Shown: positions 32,186 to 42,541, counted from the stretch's first letter. The stretch is 64,000 bases of DNA from Spirochaetota bacterium (GCA_026398615.1 JAPLSN010000011.1:12577-76576); one strand, 5' to 3'. Numbers and translations: made by a program. The notes: a model not told the origin generated them from the sequence alone.

Positions 32186-34537
32186 ATGAACAACCCCGAA
32201 CTTCTCGCGCCGGCAGGATCGCTCGAGGCGCTCGACGCCGCCGTCGGAGAGGGAGCGGACGCCGTCTATCTCGGCCTCCGGTCCTTCAACGCGCGCATGC
32301 GTACGCGCAACTTCGCCTTCAACCAGTTCGAAGCGGCCGTCGACACCCTGCACAAGTCCGGGAAGCGCATCTACGTCACCGTCAACACCGTTTTCGAGGA
32401 CCGCGAATCCGACCGCATGTACCAGCTCCTCCAGTACATCGACCGGGTCGGGCCGGACGGCGTCATCGTCCAGGATCTCGGCACGGTCAGGCTGGCAAGG
32501 GAGGAATTCCCGAAACTGCGCCTCCACGCATCCACTCAGATGAACGTCGCCTCCGCGGCCGGAGCCAACTTCCTCTCCAGGTTCGGCTTCAAGCGCGTCG
32601 TGCTCGCAAGGGAATCGACCCTCGATGAAATCGCCTCCATCCGCCGCGCCACCAATATCGAGATCGAAACCTTCGTCCACGGAGCGCTGTGCGTGTCGTG
32701 CTCCGGGATCTGCCTGTTCTCGAGCTACCTCGGCGGAAAGAGCGCGAACCGCGGCGTCTGCGCCCAGGCCTGCAGGCGCCTGTACGAGGCGGACGGAGCC
32801 CGCTCCGGCTATTTCTTCAGCCCCGACGACCTCCAGCTCATCGGGAAGGTCCCGGAGCTCGTCGAAGCCGGCGTCAGCAGTTTCAAGATCGAAGGGCGCA
32901 TGAAGAGCGCCGAGTACGTGGGCGCCGTGACCGCGGCATACCGCTACCTGATCGACAACTGGCGGCACGACCGCGAGCGAGCCGAGGCCAAGGCCAAGGC
33001 CATCCTCCAGTCCGACTTCGCGCGCCGGAAGACCACGTACTGGTTCGACGGCCGCGTCGAACCCGACTACATCAAGATCGACCAGGCCGGCGGCACGGGC
33101 ACGTCGCTCGGGAAGGTTCGCAAGGTGCGCGCGTTCGAGGAAGACGGACCGCGTTGGGCGCTCGTCACCACGCACGAGGGGCTCGCGGAGGGCGACTCGG
33201 TGCGCATCCACAGCGCCGACGACTCGGGCCGCGTCACGAGCAAGATCCGCGGCATCAAGATGACGCCGGAGGGCATGTACCTCAAGCTCGAATGCGAATT
33301 CAAGGCGATGGACCAGATCTATCTCATCCAGACGGCCTCGGCCGGCAAGCGCTTCAGGCGCGTGATCCCGGACGACCTGGCCCGCTTCCGCGCGTTCCCG
33401 AGTTGGGACGCCGCGCCCGGCGTGCCGTTCGCGAAAGCGCGCGCCGAAGTCCGCTCCGATTGGCCCGACGGGTTGTACGCGATGGTCAGCCGCTTTGCCA
33501 ACCTCCATACCCTTCTCTCGGTCCGGCCGACCAAGGCGGTGCTCCGCCTCACCCGGAAGACGGCCGGGCAGCTCCGCAAGTACGAGAAGGAGCTTCCGTT
33601 CAAGAGGGACTCGCTCGTCCTCTGGCTCGAACCCTGGCTCGCGGAATCCGACGCCGAATGGCTCGCCGCGGAACTCGACTGGTGGTGCGAACGGGGACAG
33701 CGGCATTTCATCGCCAACAACCTCGGGCATTTCACCATGCTTCGCGGGCGCGACGCGGCCATCGTCGCCGGACCCTTCCTCTACGCCTTCAACCCATACG
33801 CCGCGGCGTTCCTCTTCGAGGCGGGGAGCGAGTGCATCGTCCCGCCGCTCGAGGTATCGAAACAGGATATCTTCAGGCTGGCCGAAATTTTCGACAAGCG
33901 CTCGTGGATGCTGCCGGTATTCGCCTTCCCGCAGCTCTTCACGATCCGCGCCGACCTGGGCGCATCCCACGATTTCCGCTTCTTTTCCGATCGCGACCGG
34001 CTCTCCTACGAACTCGTCTCCGGGCAGGAAGGCTCGGTCGTGATCCCCGCCAACCCATTCTCCATCGTGGATCGCGTCCCCTTCCTCCGCAAGGAAGGCT
34101 TCGGCAAGTTCCTCCTGGACTTCAGCTTCGTCGACCTCAAGAAACCACTGTACCGGCAGGTGATGGCGGCGGCGGAAGAGGCGAAAGTCCTTCCGGAAAC
34201 GCATCGATTCAACTGGAAGGAAGGATTCTGGACGCCCGAGGAAGAGAGGAAGCCCGTCGATCGCGAGGATGACCGGGCGGAGCCCGTTGTCGATCCCGAG
34301 AGCCGTCCTGCCGGCGGGCGCTCCGACCGGACAAAAGCGCGCGGCGGAAGGATCATGGGGAAGGACGGTCTCCGTCCCCGCGGCACCGACCGCCACGGAG
34401 TGGCCGCACCGGGCAGCCGCCGGGGTCGGGGCATACCCGGGGCCGGAAGAAGCTCGACAGCCACGGGCAACAGTGCCGGTCGCGGCGGGAAAACCTCTGG
34501 CCGCAAGCCGGGAAGCCCCGGCCGCGGCCGACCCTGA
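32186..34537 (+). CDS. U32-family protein (RlhA-like putative RNA hydroxylase)
   Basis: PELLAPAG, GADAVYLG, HASTQ, HGALCVSCSGIC, SANRGVCAQACR, FKIEGRMK; Arg/Gly-rich tail. Confidence 0.88.
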   Translation: MNNPELLAPAGSLEALDAAVGEGADAVYLGLRSFNARMRTRNFAFNQFEAAVDTLHKSGKRIYVTVNTVFEDRESDRMYQLLQYIDRVGPDGVIVQDLGTVRLAREEFPKLRLHASTQMNVASAAGANFLSRFGFKRVVLARESTLDEIASIRRATNIEIETFVHGALCVSCSGICLFSSYLGGKSANRGVCAQACRRLYEADGARSGYFFSPDDLQLIGKVPELVEAGVSSFKIEGRMKSAEYVGAVTAAYRYLIDNWRHDRERAEAKAKAILQSDFARRKTTYWFDGRVEPDYIKIDQAGGTGTSLGKVRKVRAFEEDGPRWALVTTHEGLAEGDSVRIHSADDSGRVTSKIRGIKMTPEGMYLKLECEFKAMDQIYLIQTASAGKRFRRVIPDDLARFRAFPSWDAAPGVPFAKARAEVRSDWPDGLYAMVSRFANLHTLLSVRPTKAVLRLTRKTAGQLRKYEKELPFKRDSLVLWLEPWLAESDAEWLAAELDWWCERGQRHFIANNLGHFTMLRGRDAAIVAGPFLYAFNPYAAAFLFEAGSECIVPPLEVSKQDIFRLAEIFDKRSWMLPVFAFPQLFTIRADLGASHDFRFFSDRDRLSYELVSGQEGSVVIPANPFSIVDRVPFLRKEGFGKFLLDFSFVDLKKPLYRQVMAAAEEAKVLPETHRFNWKEGFWTPEEERKPVDREDDRAEPVVDPESRPAGGRSDRTKARGGRIMGKDGLRPRGTDRHGVAAPGSRRGRGIPGAGRSSTATGNSAGRGGKTSGRKPGSPGRGRP

Positions 34538-34693
34538 CCTGTCCCCGGCGCGGACGCGGTGCCCGGCGATTGACTGCATGAAGGCGCCCGCGATATCGTC
34601 GAAGTTCGCATGCGGCCCGCGGAGGGCCTGTTCCGAAAGGATGAAACTCTCCTCCGGACCGGAATCGATCCTTCCCGAATGGAGGGACATCTC

Positions 34694-36025
34694 ATGAATT
34701 CGGCGTGGCTCGACGCAGGCGTCATCTTGCTCATAATCCTGATCAACGGCTTCTTTTCCATGTCGGAAATGGCCGTGGTGTCATCCCGGAAGTCCCGCCT
34801 CAAGGCCAAGGCGGAGGAAGGCAGGCGCTCCTACAAGGCCGTCCTGAAGATCCTCGAAGCGCCATCAGCCTTCCTCTCCACGATACAGCTCGGCATCACC
34901 CTCATCGGCGTGTTCGCCGGCGCGTTCGGCGGGACAACCATCGCCGCGAACATCGGTACGGCGATCGCCCGCGTTCCCCGACTTGCCCCGTACGCCAGGT
35001 CGATCGGCCTCGGGATCGTCGTGCTGCTCATCACTTTCGTGCAGATCGTGATCGGCGAACTCGTTCCCAAGCAGATCGCCCTCTCCCGGCCGGAAAGCAT
35101 CGCTGCGGGAGTGATACGCCCCCTGCGCGCGATCCAGATCGTTTTCACGCCGATCGTGAAGGTCCTTTCCTTCACCACGGGGCTCATCCTCAAGGTGATG
35201 GGCGTTCGCGAACGCCATGACCATTCCGTCACCGAAGAGGAGATCCGCGTCCTCATCCGCGAAGGGACACGGGAGGGTCTCTTCGGGGAAAGCGAACAGG
35301 AACTCGTGGAGAACGTCTTCTACCTCGGGGACCGGCGCCTCGGCTCCTTCATGACGCATCGTTCCGACCTCGTCTGGCTCGACCGCTCGTCCACGCCCGG
35401 GGACATCATCGCGCTGATCCTCGAGAACGACGAACAGGAGTGTTTCCCCGTGTGCGAAGGCGGCACCGACGATGCCGTCGGCGTAGTCCAGTCGCGCAAG
35501 GCACTGCTCGCGAAAACGAGGGGCGGTTTCAATCGGCTCGACGACGTGATGGATCCCCCCTTCCTTCTGCCCGAATCCTTCACCGCGATCAAGGCGCTCG
35601 AGGCGTTCAAGAGCTCGAAGGAAGCCTTCGCGTTCGTCGTGGACGAGTACGGCGGCATCGAGGGAATCCTGACCATCAAGGACATCGTCGAGGACATCCT
35701 CGGCGAGACGGCCATGGCATCCAAGCCCGACGAACCGAGCATCATCGCCCGAGGGGAAAATGGATGGCTCGTGGACGGGATGTACGATTTCCGCGATTTC
35801 GTCGAAGCCATCGGTGCCGTGCCGATCATCGTGCCGGGACACGAATACCACACGGTCGCCGGGTACATACTCAGGATGTCCGGCATCATCCCCAAGGCAG
35901 GCGACAGTTTCGTATGGAACGACATTTCCTTCGAGATCATGGACATGGACGGCAGGCGGATCGACAAGGTCCTCGTGACCACGAAAAAGGAAGAGGAAGC
36001 ATTCCATTCCGAGGAAACGCATTGA
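34694..36025 (+). CDS. Hemolysin-family / CNNM-CBS-CorC membrane protein
   Basis: NGFFSMSEMAVVS, IQLGIT, GELVPKQIA, VDEYGGIEG..DIVEDILG, C-terminal CorC domain. Confidence 0.92.
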   Translation: MNSAWLDAGVILLIILINGFFSMSEMAVVSSRKSRLKAKAEEGRRSYKAVLKILEAPSAFLSTIQLGITLIGVFAGAFGGTTIAANIGTAIARVPRLAPYARSIGLGIVVLLITFVQIVIGELVPKQIALSRPESIAAGVIRPLRAIQIVFTPIVKVLSFTTGLILKVMGVRERHDHSVTEEEIRVLIREGTREGLFGESEQELVENVFYLGDRRLGSFMTHRSDLVWLDRSSTPGDIIALILENDEQECFPVCEGGTDDAVGVVQSRKALLAKTRGGFNRLDDVMDPPFLLPESFTAIKALEAFKSSKEAFAFVVDEYGGIEGILTIKDIVEDILGETAMASKPDEPSIIARGENGWLVDGMYDFRDFVEAIGAVPIIVPGHEYHTVAGYILRMSGIIPKAGDSFVWNDISFEIMDMDGRRIDKVLVTTKKEEEAFHSEETH

Positions 36026-36061
36026 GGCCCGGCCGCCCTTGGTCTTTCACGACTCCCGCCC

Positions 36062-36090
36062 TTGAAAAAACGGTTATCATTCTGTATATT
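36062..36090 (+). promoter_or_regulatory. Sigma70-type promoter of tRNA-Cys
   Basis: TTGAAA-17-TATATT, 12 bp upstream of the tRNA. Confidence 0.7.
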
Positions 36091-36102
36091 GATCCGCGTG
36101 AC

Positions 36103-36174
36103 GGCGCCGTACCCAAGTGGTAAGGGAGAGGTCTGCAAAACCTTTATGCATCGGTTCGATTCCGATCGGCGCCT
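36103..36174 (+). tRNA. tRNA-Cys (GCA), CCA not encoded
   Basis: GGCGCCG/CGGCGCC acceptor stem, AAGTGGTAA D-loop, CTGCAAA anticodon loop, GGTTCGATTCC T-arm, U discriminator. Confidence 0.96.
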
Positions 36175-36176
36175 TT

Positions 36177-36209
36177 AAAACGAAGCCCCGCATTCGCGGG
36201 GTTTCGTTT
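36177..36209 (+). terminator. Terminator hairpin after tRNA-Cys
   Basis: aaacgaagccccgc / gcggggtttcgttt stem. Confidence 0.75.
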
Positions 36210-36411
36210 CAAAGGCGCCGGGGATGCAAGGTATTTTATTGTAGTCGTCGCGTTCCGCGACGTTCATCCACGGCGCCTACGCCCGTCAGGGCTGTCCTGC
36301 GGACAGCCGATCGATAGGGCGCCAGACAAGCCAACACCTTTTCCCTTCGTGCCCTTCATTCCCTCCATAACCTTCGTGGTTCCCCCTTCGTGGCAAATCG
36401 TCTGACGGCAT

Positions 36412-36440
36412 AAAAAACCGGAGCCATCGCCGGCCCCGGT
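36412..36440 (-). terminator. Probable terminator after secF
   Basis: accgg.gcc / ggc.ccggt stem with a 6-A run. Confidence 0.55.
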
Positions 36441-36459
36441 CGCTGTCATGGAAGGATGC

Positions 36460-37734
36460 TTACTTCGCGGGTTGGAGGGCAGCTTTCGCTTCCTTTTTCG
36501 GGGGATGGTGGGCATCGTGCCTGACGATCGCCTTTTTTTCCATCCGTTTCACGGAAACATCGTCCCAGAATTTCGCGAATGCGGTCGCGATGAAGACGGT
36601 CGAGTAGGTGCCGGATACCAGTCCCACAAGGAGCGCAAGGGAAAAGTCCTTGATGCTGCCCGTGGTGAAGATGAACAGCGCCAGCACCGCGAGCATCGTG
36701 GTGAGGATCGTGATGATCGTGCGGCTCATGGTCTCGGTGATGGACTTGTTCATGATGTTCGTGAAAGATTCGTTCGGCGCGAGGCGGCGATCTTCGCGGA
36801 CGCGGTCGAAGATGACGATGGTGTCGTTGATCGAATAGCCGAGTATCGTGAGGATGGCCGCGATCGAGCTCGTGTTGAACTCCATTCGGGTCCACACGAT
36901 GAAGCCGATCATGATGAGGGCGTCGTGCGCAATGGCGAGCACCGCGCCGATGGCGTACTGCAGCTTGAACCGCAGGGTCGAGTAGATCATGATCACGCCG
37001 AGCGTCGCCAGGACCAGCCAGAGGGCGTTCTTGGACAGGTCCTTGGAGAAGCGCTGGTCCACCGTGTCCGTCTTCATGACGACGACCTTGCCGGCGCCGA
37101 AGGCGGACTCGAGGGCCTGGCGGATCTTCACCGAGGCGTTCACGCCGAAGTCGGCGTCCTTCTTGTCGTCCTGGACGCGGATGATGAACTGCTGCTTGGC
37201 CTTGTCGCCGATGGACTGCACGGACACCGTGCCGACCGTGCCTGCCGCTGCCCGCACCCTGTCGATGGGAGCGAAGAGCTCGTTGTCGTCGCGCGGAGTA
37301 CGGTGGATCAAGACTGTCCCCGTTGCCAGGTTGAAATCGCCCTGATAGGTGGGTACGACGAGGGCAGCGGGAAGGGTCCCACCGTCGAGAACCTTCACGT
37401 CGACGTTCTCGATGGCGTCGACCTTCGCGGCGAAGTCGCCGATGGTGCCGGTCCTGATGTCGAAATCGACCGTCCTGGCTTCGACCTCGGCGCCCGAGAA
37501 CACGATGGCCGCGTTCCCTTTTTCCGAGATCGACAGCACCGCGTTGCCCTTGCCCGTGTAGGAAACTTCCAGCGCCGGGTAGGCAAGCTGGACATACTGG
37601 TTGATGCCGGCCTGGAAGTCCACGCCGAGGTTGAAGCCCATCATGAAGTACCCGGCCATGCCCGCCGCTATGAGGGTCAGCGAAAGTGCGATGGCGGGGA
37701 CGAATGCCCTGTCAAAACGGATGATGCGCTTCAT
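36460..37734 (-). CDS. secF: Protein translocase subunit SecF
   Basis: GFNLGVDFQAG, ILGYSINDTIVIFDRVRE, TMSRTIIT, GTYSTVFIA. Confidence 0.96.
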   Translation of the reverse strand: MKRIIRFDRAFVPAIALSLTLIAAGMAGYFMMGFNLGVDFQAGINQYVQLAYPALEVSYTGKGNAVLSISEKGNAAIVFSGAEVEARTVDFDIRTGTIGDFAAKVDAIENVDVKVLDGGTLPAALVVPTYQGDFNLATGTVLIHRTPRDDNELFAPIDRVRAAAGTVGTVSVQSIGDKAKQQFIIRVQDDKKDADFGVNASVKIRQALESAFGAGKVVVMKTDTVDQRFSKDLSKNALWLVLATLGVIMIYSTLRFKLQYAIGAVLAIAHDALIMIGFIVWTRMEFNTSSIAAILTILGYSINDTIVIFDRVREDRRLAPNESFTNIMNKSITETMSRTIITILTTMLAVLALFIFTTGSIKDFSLALLVGLVSGTYSTVFIATAFAKFWDDVSVKRMEKKAIVRHDAHHPPKKEAKAALQPAK

Positions 37735-39462
37735 TTACCTGATCCTCCAGCTGATGGACACGTTCCTGGACTTGAGCACGTCGGTGCCGAAGTCGAAGAT
37801 GAGCTTCGAGACGAAGAGCGACGTGAACAGCGAGCTGATGTTTCCGATCGCGAGGGAGACCGCGAAACCCTGGATCGGTCCGGAACCGAGTTGGGCCAGG
37901 AACAGCGCGGCGATGATGGTCGTGATGTTGGAGTCCATGACCGCCCAGAAGGCCTTGTCGAAACCCGCCGCGATCGAGGCCCGCCGTCCCTTCCCGAGCC
38001 GGAGTTCCTCCTTGATGCGTTCGAAGATGATGACGTTGGCGTCGACGGACATGCCGACCGTGAGCAGGAAGCCCGCGATCGACGGCAGCGTGAGCGTCAG
38101 GTTGAAGGCGGACAGGATGGACAGCATGATGTACAGGTTGAGCACCTGCGCGACCATGGCGTTGATCCCCGCGAACTTGTAGTAGACGAACATGAACGCG
38201 AACACGAGGGCCAGGCCCCAGGCCACGGCCCGTTTGCCCTGCTCGATGGCGTCCTCGCCGAGCGAAGCCCCGATCGACTGCTGGGAGGCGACGGACAGTT
38301 CGATGGGAAGGGCGGCGGTCCTGAGCACGCGGGCCAGGTTCTGGGCCTCCTCGACGTTGAACCCGGACATCTGCACGGATTCCCGGATGGCCTCGTTGAT
38401 CTGCGCGTAGCTCTTGACCCGGTCGTCCAGAACGACGGTCATGTACTTCTTCACGTTGCTGCTGGTAAGGGCGTAGAAGAGTTCGCCGCCCTCCTTGTCC
38501 AGGACGAAGTTGACGACCGGCGTTCCCTTGACGGGGTCGGTCGACACGTCGGCGCGCTGGATGTGGTTGCCGTCCAGGCCCGCGGTTTCCGTGATGACGA
38601 GGTAGGTGCCGGTCCACTCGTCGAGCCCGTAGCGGTCGCGCTTGAAGAACTTGCGGACGATGAAACCCGCGGGCACGACCGACGGGTCGGCTACCTTGAG
38701 GTTCTCGTCGACGCCGTTCGGATTGGTCTGCAGGTACGTCGTCAGCTTCTCGGTCGCGTCGGTGTCCACGATGTGGAACGCGAGCCGGCCGCGGCCCATG
38801 ATGATCGAGTTGATGCGTTCGGGGTCGGCGGTGCCGGGGATCTCCACGTAGACCCCGTCCTGGCCCTGGCGGCGGATCACCGGCTCGGTGAGGCCGAATT
38901 TGTCGATGCGGCTGTTGAGCACTTCCATGGCCCGGCTCATCGCATCCTCGCGTTCGGCGTCGGAAAGCGCGTGGCCGAGCTTGACGGCATACGCCTCGAG
39001 GTCGGCTCGTATGATGACGGACAGGCCGCCCGAGAGGTCGAGGCCGAGCTGCACGGCGGAGCCCTGGAGCTGCTTGAGCCCGAGGATCTTCGTGCGGTAG
39101 TAGTCTTCGAAATCGTTGATGCAGATTCGCCTGGATTCGTACGCGGCGAGCAGCGCGGCGGCGTCCCACGTCGCGGGCACCGGCTTCTTGAGGAACCGGT
39201 ACTGCTTCCTGGCGCGGACCAGGAGCGGTTCGTACTTTTCGGGCAGGACATTTTTGTCGCCGTTCTTGGCGAGTTTCTCTATCTCGACGAGATCCGTGCT
39301 GGCCATGCGCCACGCGTAATCGCGGATCTGTTCACGGGTTCCGACGGCCAGCGCCCTGTCCTCGCGGGGAGTCAGGAAATACCACTTGATCGACGGGAAC
39401 AGGAAGGCGAGCGCGATGCCGATCACGACGAGCACGAGCAGGAATCGCTTCGTTTTATTCAT
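37735..39462 (-). CDS. secD: Protein translocase subunit SecD
   Basis: LGLDLSGG, RIDKFGLTEP, GMSVDANVIIFERIKEE, DSNITT. Confidence 0.96.
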   Translation of the reverse strand: MNKTKRFLLVLVVIGIALAFLFPSIKWYFLTPREDRALAVGTREQIRDYAWRMASTDLVEIEKLAKNGDKNVLPEKYEPLLVRARKQYRFLKKPVPATWDAAALLAAYESRRICINDFEDYYRTKILGLKQLQGSAVQLGLDLSGGLSVIIRADLEAYAVKLGHALSDAEREDAMSRAMEVLNSRIDKFGLTEPVIRRQGQDGVYVEIPGTADPERINSIIMGRGRLAFHIVDTDATEKLTTYLQTNPNGVDENLKVADPSVVPAGFIVRKFFKRDRYGLDEWTGTYLVITETAGLDGNHIQRADVSTDPVKGTPVVNFVLDKEGGELFYALTSSNVKKYMTVVLDDRVKSYAQINEAIRESVQMSGFNVEEAQNLARVLRTAALPIELSVASQQSIGASLGEDAIEQGKRAVAWGLALVFAFMFVYYKFAGINAMVAQVLNLYIMLSILSAFNLTLTLPSIAGFLLTVGMSVDANVIIFERIKEELRLGKGRRASIAAGFDKAFWAVMDSNITTIIAALFLAQLGSGPIQGFAVSLAIGNISSLFTSLFVSKLIFDFGTDVLKSRNVSISWRIR

Positions 39463-39520
39463 TCCTCAATCTCCAGTCCTGGGTTGAGGCGAACGCGGAC
39501 GCATCGGCCCGCGCACGCCG

Positions 39521-39919
39521 CTATTTGCCGTTTTCGCCGGCCTTGGGTTCTTCGTTCTTGTCGCCTTTCTTCTCTTCGATCTTCTCGACGGGCTTTTCGG
39601 AGCCTTCGCGCGAGACGACGGTGGCGACGGCGCTCTTCGAGAATTCGATCTTGCACCCTTCGTCGACCTTGATCACCACGGTGTTGTCCCTCGTGGAGAC
39701 GACGGTGCCATGCACGCCCCCGATGGTGATGACCTTGTCGTTCTTCTGCAGGGTTTCGATCATCTTCTGCAGCTCTTTCTTCTGCTTGTTCTGGGGCCTG
39801 ATGATGAGCAGGTACATGATGAGGAAGACGGCGCCGAAGGTGATCAGCGTGGTCATGAGTTGGCCGGAGGCTTCCGCCTGGGCTTGGATGACCGGGAGCG
39901 AGGTAAACAGGGTATTCAT
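39521..39919 (-). CDS. yajC: Preprotein translocase subunit YajC
   Basis: Single TM, IIRPQNK, DKVITIGGVHG; directly upstream of secDF. Confidence 0.95.
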   Translation of the reverse strand: MNTLFTSLPVIQAQAEASGQLMTTLITFGAVFLIMYLLIIRPQNKQKKELQKMIETLQKNDKVITIGGVHGTVVSTRDNTVVIKVDEGCKIEFSKSAVATVVSREGSEKPVEKIEEKKGDKNEEPKAGENGK

Positions 39920-40066
39920 GACGTTTCCCTTGAGTGTGTGATTGCCTTGGTGCGGAACCCGCGAAGCATGACGTTGATCACGCCGCGGATGCCGACACGG
40001 ATTAAAAAGGCAGGGTACGTTATCATAGAAGGCTTCATCGGTCAACGCCCGAAGGTCGGTTCCGTC

Positions 40067-40304
40067 CCGGAAGGGGCGGGTACGCCTTCGAGGCGACGAA
40101 TACGTCTTTGTCGTATTCGTCGATGCACCGTAAAGGCAGCGTCGAGCCTATTTGACGATCTTGGTGCCTGCCAGACCATCGACCACCCGAAGGGCGGGTA
40201 CGCCCTTCGAGGCGACGAATACGCCCTTGGCGTATTCGTCGATGCACCGTAAAGGCCGCGGTTGAGCCTATTTGACGATCTTGGTGCCTGCCAGACCATC
40301 GACC
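40067..40304. repeat. ~120-bp tandem duplication including the arcC 3' end and two hairpins
   Basis: 41-bp exact repeat at 40144-40184 and 40264-40304; the hairpin parts are similar but diverged. Confidence 0.9.
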
Positions 40305-41212
40305 GCGGCCTGGGCTTTTTCGAGGCTGGTGATGATGACGTGGTTGCCGCCGCGCTTGACGAAATCGATGGCGGCCTCCATTTTCGGGCCCATGGAACCC
40401 TTCGGGAACTGGCCTTCTGCCATGTAGCGCTCGGCTTCCGCCACGGTCATCGTGTCGAGGACCTTCATGCTTGGCTTCTTGTAGTTGATGGCGACCTTGT
40501 CAACACCGGTCAGGATCAGGAGTTCGTCGGCATCGATGAGGCTGGCGAGGAGGGCAGAGGCGCGATCCTTGTCGATGACCGCGTCCACGCCGGTATAGGT
40601 GCCATCGGCATTCAGGCAGACGGGAACCCCCCCGCCACCCACCGCGATGACGAGCTTGTCGTCGTCGAGAAGGTCGTGGATGACGCTCTTCTCGACGACA
40701 TCGATGGGAATCGGCGAGGCGACGACGCGGCGGTACCCGCGGCCCGGGTCTTCCTTCATCACCCACCCCTTCTTCCTGCAGGTTTCGAGATCCTCGGCCT
40801 TGAAGAAGGGACCCACGTACTTGGTGGGGTTGACCATGGAGGGATCGTTCTTGTCCACGACGACCTGCGTGATCACGGTGACGACGTCCTTGCGGACTCC
40901 ATGCCGGATGAGTTCGTTGACGAGTGACTGCTGGATCATGTAGCCGATGGATCCCTGCGTGTCCGCGACGATCACGTTGAGCGGGCTCGGGGGAACCTGG
41001 GAGGAGCCAGCCTCGTTCCGGATGAGGTGGACGCCGGCCTGGGGACCGTTCCCGTGGGTAAGGACGACCCTGTGGCCTTCCTTTATGAGTCCGACGATGG
41101 CGTCCATGCTCTTGCGCGTATTCTCGAACTGCTGCTCGATCGTGCCCTCGGTGCCTTCCTCGATGAGGGCGTTGCCGCCGAGCGCAACGACGATGGTCTT
41201 CTGCTTGCCCAT
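40268..41212 (-). CDS. arcC: Carbamate kinase
   Basis: VALGGNAL, THGNGPQ, PTKYVG, GYRRVVASP, AVIDKD, GSMGPK. Confidence 0.95.
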   Translation of the reverse strand: MGKQKTIVVALGGNALIEEGTEGTIEQQFENTRKSMDAIVGLIKEGHRVVLTHGNGPQAGVHLIRNEAGSSQVPPSPLNVIVADTQGSIGYMIQQSLVNELIRHGVRKDVVTVITQVVVDKNDPSMVNPTKYVGPFFKAEDLETCRKKGWVMKEDPGRGYRRVVASPIPIDVVEKSVIHDLLDDDKLVIAVGGGGVPVCLNADGTYTGVDAVIDKDRASALLASLIDADELLILTGVDKVAINYKKPSMKVLDTMTVAEAERYMAEGQFPKGSMGPKMEAAIDFVKRGGNHVIITSLEKAQAAVDGLAGTKIVK

Positions 41213-41335
41213 TCACTACCTACCTTTTGCAGGGCCTGAGCTCTACCCCGTTCTTCGACCGGTCCGTCAGTATATACGAACGATCTTCATCGCTCAAGTC
41301 TCGCTCAAGTCCGGGAAACACGCTATGCTTGGATC

Positions 41336-41899
41336 ATGGATATACTGACATCGATCGCGGAACGACGTGCGAGGCGGGCCATCTCTCCCGAAGCTCTTGA
41401 AGAAGGGCAAACCGAGCGGCTCCTCGCTGCAGCTACCCTGGCTCCCTCCTGTTTCAACAGCCAACCCTGGCGCCTCGTGGCGGTCAGCTCCCCCGAAGCG
41501 CTCGAAAGCGTCCGCGCGACATTCTCCGAATCCAACGCGTGGGCAAGACCGGCGCCCTTGCTCGTTTTGGTCGCGACAAAGCCCAGCCTCGACTGCCGTC
41601 TGGACGAAGGCAGGGATTACGCCGTCTTCGATGCAGGCTCGGCCGCCATGAGTCTCCAGATCCAGGCATCCGCCGAGGGGCTTTATGCCCATCCCATCGC
41701 GGGATTTTCGCCGAAAAAGGCGCGAAAGGCCCTGGGGATTCCTGATGATTATATTGTTATCACAATCATCGTCGTGGGAAAACCAGGAGACACCGGGATG
41801 CTTGACGGGCGGCAAAAGACGGATGAAAGCTCCGAACGGAGCCGCAAACCCTTCGGGGATGTCATCTTCGCCGACAAGTGGCCCCAGAATCTCGCCTGA
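41336..41899 (+). CDS. Nitroreductase family protein
   Basis: IAERRARR, APSCFNSQPWR, FDAG, GLYAHPIAGF. Confidence 0.9.
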   Translation: MDILTSIAERRARRAISPEALEEGQTERLLAAATLAPSCFNSQPWRLVAVSSPEALESVRATFSESNAWARPAPLLVLVATKPSLDCRLDEGRDYAVFDAGSAAMSLQIQASAEGLYAHPIAGFSPKKARKALGIPDDYIVITIIVVGKPGDTGMLDGRQKTDESSERSRKPFGDVIFADKWPQNLA

Positions 41900-41923
41900 A
41901 GCTTGCGTGAAAAGGATCGTTCC

Positions 41924-42541
41924 TCAGCGCGGATTGACGATGTTGTTCATGAAGGAGACGAGTACGCCGAGCGCGTTCTCGTTCGCACCTCCTTCCGGGA
42001 TGATGAGGTCGGCGTACGCCTTGGTGGGTTCGATGAATTCGTAGTGTCCCGGGCGCACGACGTTCAGGTACTGCTCGATGACGGAATCCAGGGTACGGCC
42101 GCGTTCCTTGATGTCGCGCGTCAGGCGCCGTATGAACCGTATGTCGTCGGGGGTGTCCACGAAGATCTTGAGGTCGATGAGGTCGCGGACCGCCTTGTTC
42201 GTGAAAATCATGATCCCTTCGAAGATGATGAGCTTTTTCGGGACGACGTGGATCGTCTCCGCGGCCCTGCGGTGGTGTACGAAGTCGTAGGTCGGCATCT
42301 CCACGCTCTTGTCCGCCTTGAGGCACATGAGGTGCTCGACGAGCAGGTCGTTGTCGAAAGCTTCGGGATGGTCGAAGTTGAACGCCGTGATGTTCGCGTT
42401 GGAAATGTACTCGGCGCTCTTGTAGTAGTTGTCCTGGGGAAGGAAGACGAAATCCGAGACGACTTCCGAAATCTTCCGCACGATCGTGGTTTTCCCGGAC
42501 CCCGACCCCCCGCAGATGCCGATAAGCTTGGGCTGGCTCAT
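41924..42541 (-). CDS. udk: Uridine kinase
   Basis: [46 protein letters not shown]. Confidence 0.95.
   Translation of the reverse strand: MSQPKLIGICGGSGSGKTTIVRKISEVVSDFVFLPQDNYYKSAEYISNANITAFNFDHPEAFDNDLLVEHLMCLKADKSVEMPTYDFVHHRRAAETIHVVPKKLIIFEGIMIFTNKAVRDLIDLKIFVDTPDDIRFIRRLTRDIKERGRTLDSVIEQYLNVVRPGHYEFIEPTKAYADLIIPEGGANENALGVLVSFMNNIVNPR

Noticed and set aside
36103-36174. tRNA-Cys as an integration site
   Set aside because: No duplicated tRNA 3' end and no integrase found in the window.
31991-39672. Long antisense ORFs (e.g. 31991-34690 minus, 36448-39672 plus)
   Set aside because: Shadow frames of real high-GC genes with no recognisable motifs.
40067-40304. Possible mini-CRISPR array
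   Set aside because: Only two units, the 'spacers' resemble each other, the repeat is arcC coding sequence, and there are no cas genes.
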